Below are positions 58,760-64,000 of a stretch of 64,000 nucleotides of DNA, piece after piece; position 1 is the stretch's first letter, and the number at the start of each line of letters is the position of its first letter. The stretch is from Minutocellus sp. GHC0000111 (Eukaryota): contig OZ361257.1 of NCBI GenBank assembly GCA_977018835.1, positions 5,084,001 to 5,148,000 of the forward strand, written 5' to 3'. The translations under genes were made by a program, and so were the position numbers. A model generated the notes under the pieces. The model had not been told where the DNA came from, did no database searches, and saw only the letters and a program-made list of their open reading frames with translations.

Positions 58760-61700
58760 TTAAGAGTCCAACGAGACGGATGGAATCCTTGAGGCTAATT
58801 CATCGACGACGACACTACGCCTGTGGCGACCGCTACCGGCGACATTGTTCTCATGTTGGGGTTTTATCCCAACACCCTCTTCTGTATTGGTTATGCCCTC
58901 AAGTCCGGTCGAATCTTTCTCAGCAAGGAAACTTCTCGACATCCCCTCTTCGCCCAAACCATCTGAAATTACGCCTCCCAAATCATTGTAGCACCTATCG
59001 CATACTCGGGAAGGGACTGTAATTCCCAATTCAGGCAGGGGTAGATGGTTCTGGGAGCACGGGTTGCATACCAGCCCACCGCATTTTCGGCAGTTATGCT
59101 TGTCTCTCGCTTCCTGTGCTTCTGTATCTGAGGTACTTGCCCAGGTAAAGCGGCTTGCACAACAAGCGCAGGTTGATTCCTCGCCGAAACCTGTCCATTC
59201 CGGAAGCGGGGCTCTCGCGCGACGAACCGATCTGACCTCTAGCAGGGCTTCATAGTATTGTCGTGCGAGGTGATCGGATAGCATGTTACCGGCGAGGCTA
59301 ATATGGCGAAGCTCTCGAAATTTGCGTGGAACCTCAGTCGCTTTGTAGGCACCGCGGTGAGTGTAGATGTGTACAATTTTGCCGGGAATAAACATTCGCG
59401 GCAGCGGTGTCTCCTCCAGCATCACGGCCGGGGCGGCGTCATCATTATTGTCGTCATTTCCAAGCTCCATTTCTTCTGGTATCGGTATGTTTGAATTTTC
59501 CCCAGCCGTAAGGGCATCTAAAGCAGCAGCAATAGCAATGCCCTCCTCATTATCGTCTTGCTCCTCATCACTCTCAATCATGTCTTCTTCTGCCTCATAA
59601 AAGAGGTCGCCGTCAATTTCCAAGACCTCTGATTGACTGAGATCCTGCTCAATTGTGTCTTTTTCCTCCTCATGTCCACCATCGCGTCTTGTCGAATCCA
59701 TGGGCGCCTCGTTAATGCCTCCCTCAGCCTTGTCAAAAGTATCATCTCTCAGATTGATATCATGAACACTATCTGATGATGTAGAACTACCGGTGACGCT
59801 CTCTTTGTACTCTCTGTAGACCTTTTTAGCTTTGCCGATTTGTTTTTTCGATTTCGATTTGATGAGAGTGAAACTCTGTCTCCACCTTGGGGCCCAAGCG
59901 CCACGAGCACGTTCGGCATATGCGGAGATATCTGCGGATAGATGATCCTTTACCCAAGTCTCACGAACAAAGAGCAAGTGCTTCAAAAGGCCACGGATCG
60001 ATGTTGCAGTAAGACGAGGGACGACATCGTCATGTAATACACAACTGGTGACGTAGGAGGCCGCATCGTCAGCGAGGGCGGCATCAGCACAAGCTGGCGT
60101 GCCATAGCCATACACACGAAGTACCTTGTCTAGAATAATGGAGCCGTTCTCTACATCGGCATTGAAGACAGCCATGAGATGTCGCCTCACCAGTGCTCCA
60201 AGGAGGGCCGAGACTCCTCCGCCGAGACTGTGACCAACGATTCGAATACGATAGCCTTTGGTCGCGAGGACTACCAAGGCGTCGATGTTCTCACGGTACA
60301 GGTTGATCGCGGCCCTTGCCATACCACAGAGGGCAAGGCCTTGTGCACTTGCGATAGATGTCCAGTCGGCATCGTCACTATCACCGTCGGCAGATTTTCT
60401 TCGGCTTCCACCCGCTTCGTCTTCTGGTGGAAAGGGGACGGGCACCGCGCGTATATCGGTCACTACATCGTTAATTGTAGCAGTTCCACGGATTGCCAAA
60501 CAAGCTAGTTTTTGATCCGATCGAGCCAGCAAAGCAAAAGCGGGGCGATCGGCGACCAATTTTTTCTCCTTATCGGTATCTTCGATAATGGGAGATGTTG
60601 TTTCGGCTGTGGAAGACGAGGAAGAAGAAGCATGGCACCCGCCACTTTGATCGAGATGAGCATACAGCAGTCTCCATCCCTGCTGTGCGGCGAGCAGTTG
60701 AATGTCAACGTCGGACGTGGCGTAGATAAAATTGAGAGCAAGCGGAGCATAAAATAGAAGAGAGGCAATCAAGGAGTCTGATGCAGGCTCACAGACGGGA
60801 ACAAGCGGTCGGATGCGTCGCTGGGGAAGCGTGTCATCAAGTAGGTTGGCTTGGCGTTCCTGGATGCCACTACTATCGCCAGACTTCGCAGCAAGTGACT
60901 CATGAACCCCATCATCAGTGGGATCAGACACGTCTGCTTCATCAATAAGTCCACTTGAATTGTGATGTGTGCTACGACCATCGGCATCTATGCCCGATAC
61001 CTCCCCTCTTTCGTGCAAAGTAGTCAAGCTGCCAAGACTGGTACCTCTTGGCAGACCGGCTAGGTCTGACCAAGTTGGCGAGGAATCAGCGACCTCGTCT
61101 TCCTCCAACAGAGTTTCATCTCCATCAATCAAGCCGTGATTTTTTTCATCTCTCAACGCGTGTATCCGGTGCTCTCCTTCCGGATCCATGCCACGGACCA
61201 TACGATGATGAGCGAGAGCATAGAAAATTGAAGCCGAAAGTTCATGCACCGACAGCGGCCATACCTTCCTGTTTATGCCGCAAGCTTGACATAGCAAATC
61301 CGCAGCTGCCATGAATTCTTTCCGCAATATCAGCCCGTACACACCCTTCAAACCATGCTTACGTAGCACTTCAAGCGTTTCAACAGCCGCGGTGGCCTGA
61401 GCACCAAGGGGAATCTTTCGCGCCATGGCGATGGCCGCCCTCGTTAGCCGAACGGCCGCATCCTCCATGGTATCAACACCAGTGACAAAGTACGGGACCA
61501 AATCACCGTCCAAATAATCCCGTAACCTGGCCAGTCTCCATGCAATCCGTTCCGCCAAATTTCTCTCTTCCAAGATGGACTTGCATCGGAAGCAAACCCG
61601 CTCGGTTACGTTGGGATCGTAGCCCAAATGAGGCAAACTGTGGGTTGCATCGGAGTGAGGGTGACAGCAAGACCGCCCGCAGAGTCTGCAGTGATGCCGA

Positions 61701-63295
61701 TGCAGTGTTGGACCGAACGGCCGGTCGCAGTAATGACACGACTTTGCATTCTCGCGCGGTGGCCTTGTGAGCGGGGCAGGGATCAATGTTCGAGCGGAAA
61801 CGTAGTCATGGTCATCGTCGTCCGCATCGTCATCGTCCATTTTGTTGGCACCTTCATCGCCCTTGTCGTCGTGCTCACCCAGCCTGGACTCCTCTGTAGA
61901 TGCGACTGTCGCAGAATTTACCAAATTTGACAAATCATACGTCCTCCATTCCTTGACAAGTTGCCGATCTATCCAGGGTAGACTCGAGAATGGTGGCAAC
62001 GATATGTGCGGCGGATCGGAAGTGGAACTCTGCTGGGAGTCAATGGTGGCATTATTACTGACACTTTCACTGCTGCCATCCGTATCCCTACCATCAGCCA
62101 GCAGGGCACTTCCAATGTCCCAAACAACATCGTCACGGTAGTACCCTCCAACTCCCGAGGCGAGATCGGAATGCTGGCGATATTGGCCCACCCACGTCCT
62201 GTTGGAGTAGACTAGTTTGGCCGAATGGACGACCCTCCGGAGGGATGAGGTGACCAGCTCCCCTGCCGCCAAAGGCAGGGTGGTTGTGACGGCATGCGAT
62301 GCCGATCTGGCAATGACCTGGCCGGTGTACTGGATGGACTGCATGGCTGTCGTTGCTGCGCCAGTGCTGACTGCTGAAGTCGATGTGATGGCTGTTGTTG
62401 TTGCATCGGTCTCCGGTGATGGAAGCGAAGCATCTGCATCTGCATCTTTATCTGCCGCGGAATCTGTATCATCCTTGTCAATGTCAGTGCTGCCGGTATC
62501 CTCATGATTCCGAGAAGTCTCATCATCGTCACCGTCATTATCGTCATCATCGCCACCATCAAACGAACTATCGTATGCAGCACATTCGTCTTCATCTTGA
62601 ACATGAGCATCATCGGTCTCACCATCATCACTAATACAGCCTTCTCTGTCGTCCGAAGACCCATCGACTTGCTCAAGGGGAGGATCTGGAGGTGTTTGTG
62701 CGGAATTAGCCGCAACTTCCACCTCGTCTGCCTGATCCTCGAGTATCCCCGGACAATCGTCGGTCGTGGTGTTCGGTGTACCATCGTGCTCGCGCGTGCG
62801 TTCTTGTTCTTGTTCGTGCGATGGCTGTTCCATAGCAATGTGATCACTGCACGAATCTCTAAACGCGTCTTCTGGATCATCATCGGCATTATCCCCGACA
62901 TTGCTTGTTGTCGCATCTTCTTTCGTCGTCGGTGGTGAGGCTGCACGAGCACTAACATCCGTATCTTCCTTTTGGGCCTTCTCGCCATCAGCGGCAGCAT
63001 CGTCAGAACAAGAATTTTGCTCCACTCCTGCGTCATCGATGGTTGTGGCCCCGCGTATCTGTCGTCGGCGCCGACGCCTCCGATCGGGGGACATGTCGGC
63101 AGTGGCAGCACCGCGGCTGCTGGTGGAGGCCGACGACGACGCGGCGATGGCCGTGGTGGCCGCACCGGCCACGGCGGCAGCCAAACGGACGGGCATGGTT
63201 ACGGTTGTTCTGGCGTTTGCTTGTGCTGATTTTTGGGCAGTTAGCATTTGTTTCTGAAGTACGTCATCTTGACGATCTGACCTCTGCCGCGTCAA
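58760..63295 (-). CDS. FYVE - class 3 lipase - FYVE protein
   Basis: FYVE 'CHYC…RHHCRLCG…RVCFRC'; lipase 'AIRGT', 'GHSLGGG', 'DDVVPRL', 'DH'; second FYVE 'CACC…KHNCRKCG…RVCDRC'. Intact 1511-aa ORF. Confidence 0.9.
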   Translation of the reverse strand: MTRQRSDRQDDVLQKQMLTAQKSAQANARTTVTMPVRLAAAVAGAATTAIAASSSASTSSRGAATADMSPDRRRRRRRQIRGATTIDDAGVEQNSCSDDAAADGEKAQKEDTDVSARAASPPTTKEDATTSNVGDNADDDPEDAFRDSCSDHIAMEQPSHEQEQERTREHDGTPNTTTDDCPGILEDQADEVEVAANSAQTPPDPPLEQVDGSSDDREGCISDDGETDDAHVQDEDECAAYDSSFDGGDDDDNDGDDDETSRNHEDTGSTDIDKDDTDSAADKDADADASLPSPETDATTTAITSTSAVSTGAATTAMQSIQYTGQVIARSASHAVTTTLPLAAGELVTSSLRRVVHSAKLVYSNRTWVGQYRQHSDLASGVGGYYRDDVVWDIGSALLADGRDTDGSSESVSNNATIDSQQSSTSDPPHISLPPFSSLPWIDRQLVKEWRTYDLSNLVNSATVASTEESRLGEHDDKGDEGANKMDDDDADDDDHDYVSARTLIPAPLTRPPRENAKSCHYCDRPFGPTLHRHHCRLCGRSCCHPHSDATHSLPHLGYDPNVTERVCFRCKSILEERNLAERIAWRLARLRDYLDGDLVPYFVTGVDTMEDAAVRLTRAAIAMARKIPLGAQATAAVETLEVLRKHGLKGVYGLILRKEFMAAADLLCQACGINRKVWPLSVHELSASIFYALAHHRMVRGMDPEGEHRIHALRDEKNHGLIDGDETLLEEDEVADSSPTWSDLAGLPRGTSLGSLTTLHERGEVSGIDADGRSTHHNSSGLIDEADVSDPTDDGVHESLAAKSGDSSGIQERQANLLDDTLPQRRIRPLVPVCEPASDSLIASLLFYAPLALNFIYATSDVDIQLLAAQQGWRLLYAHLDQSGGCHASSSSSSTAETTSPIIEDTDKEKKLVADRPAFALLARSDQKLACLAIRGTATINDVVTDIRAVPVPFPPEDEAGGSRRKSADGDSDDADWTSIASAQGLALCGMARAAINLYRENIDALVVLATKGYRIRIVGHSLGGGVSALLGALVRRHLMAVFNADVENGSIILDKVLRVYGYGTPACADAALADDAASYVTSCVLHDDVVPRLTATSIRGLLKHLLFVRETWVKDHLSADISAYAERARGAWAPRWRQSFTLIKSKSKKQIGKAKKVYREYKESVTGSSTSSDSVHDINLRDDTFDKAEGGINEAPMDSTRRDGGHEEEKDTIEQDLSQSEVLEIDGDLFYEAEEDMIESDEEQDDNEEGIAIAAALDALTAGENSNIPIPEEMELGNDDNNDDAAPAVMLEETPLPRMFIPGKIVHIYTHRGAYKATEVPRKFRELRHISLAGNMLSDHLARQYYEALLEVRSVRRARAPLPEWTGFGEESTCACCASRFTWASTSDTEAQEARDKHNCRKCGGLVCNPCSQNHLPLPELGITVPSRVCDRCYNDLGGVISDGLGEEGMSRSFLAEKDSTGLEGITNTEEGVGIKPQHENNVAGSGRHRRSVVVDELASRIPSVSLDS

Positions 63296-63418
63296 AACCG
63301 CTAACGGTCAGCTCCCATCTCCAAAGGTGCTATGCTGGTCAGTCTCCAGATGCCGGCCGGCCCTCTCGTCTATCGCCGCTCGGGACACTGACAGATATCG
63401 GCCCATCAATAGGAAGCA

Positions 63419-64000
63419 ATGGCGTCAACAATAATGCTAGCTACATATCTGGCGCTGTGTGTGCTGGTGACTGCGTCATTGGCATTCACATCACCGCTCG
63501 CTACATCCCCTGCTCGGAACGTCGGTGCTCGGTTTGTCAACACTTGGCAAGCCGCAGGTTGTCCGCCTCGTGCCTTGTCGACCACCTACAACGCAGCCCC
63601 GAATGATGACGATGATGCAAAAACTGCGACTATTGCCGACTCAGCGCCATTCACCCACTCGGACATAACCTGGAAGCTCCGACCACCGAAGGAAACGCCG
63701 CTGCTCAAACGACTGGCCGTCCGAGGTGCGTCAGCGCTCATCAAGGCGGACTGCTTCCTCCGACGGAAGACTCCGCCGCCGGTGCTGTGTCCCAAGGGTG
63801 GTCAGGCCATCCTTCAGGCCTACTACCGTCCTCCTGGGTCACTGCGAAAGAGGCAAATTGCACGCTTTGGCATCACCACGATCCGTGGTCCACCGGCGCC
63901 GCCCATCGAAGAGACGGTGACAGATCTGTACGGGATTGAACAATTTCCTCTGGGAGGCATTGGGGCGGCTGCCATCATATACATGTTTGTGGAAGAAGAG
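63419..64000 (+). CDS. Plastid-targeted protein, possibly a GNAT acetyltransferase; runs off the window
   Basis: Open from ATG 63419 to the edge (absent from the ORF track). MASTIMLATYLALCVLVTASLAFTSP presequence. Ends 'AAIIYMFVEEE', resembling the strand before GNAT motif A. Confidence 0.6.
   Translation, partial: MASTIMLATYLALCVLVTASLAFTSPLATSPARNVGARFVNTWQAAGCPPRALSTTYNAAPNDDDDAKTATIADSAPFTHSDITWKLRPPKETPLLKRLAVRGASALIKADCFLRRKTPPPVLCPKGGQAILQAYYRPPGSLRKRQIARFGITTIRGPPAPPIEETVTDLYGIEQFPLGGIGAAAIIYMFVEEE

Overview
Gene-dense eukaryotic DNA, most likely a diatom. Evidence: short GT-AG introns, signal peptide plus 'ASAFAP'-type plastid presequences, and an OMPDC-OPRT UMP synthase. An axonemal dynein assembly factor (DNAAF11/LRRC6) suggests a lineage with flagellated sperm, i.e. 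centric. About 30 protein genes are recognisable. Highlights: (1) A complete, apparently intact 4,455-bp Kolobok-type DNA transposon (36614-41068) with TTAA flanks, 17-bp TIRs, a DDE transposase and a convergent KolX gene whose N-terminal half looks like an RPA70N-type OB fold. (2) Roughly half of the host genes are broken, and not only by 1-bp indels. Lesions include a clean 414-bp intragenic inversion, a 398-bp templated insertion copied from a gene 2.8 kb away, 46-bp and 5-bp tandem duplications and in-frame stops. This suggests a decaying haplotype or homeolog, though assembly error cannot be excluded from sequence alone. (3) Two box C/D snoRNAs (one U18-like) in intron 3 of the UMP synthase gene. 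(4) Unusual fusions: ArsH-rhodanese and ShK-glutathione peroxidase. All family assignments are by eye from motifs; no database searches were run.
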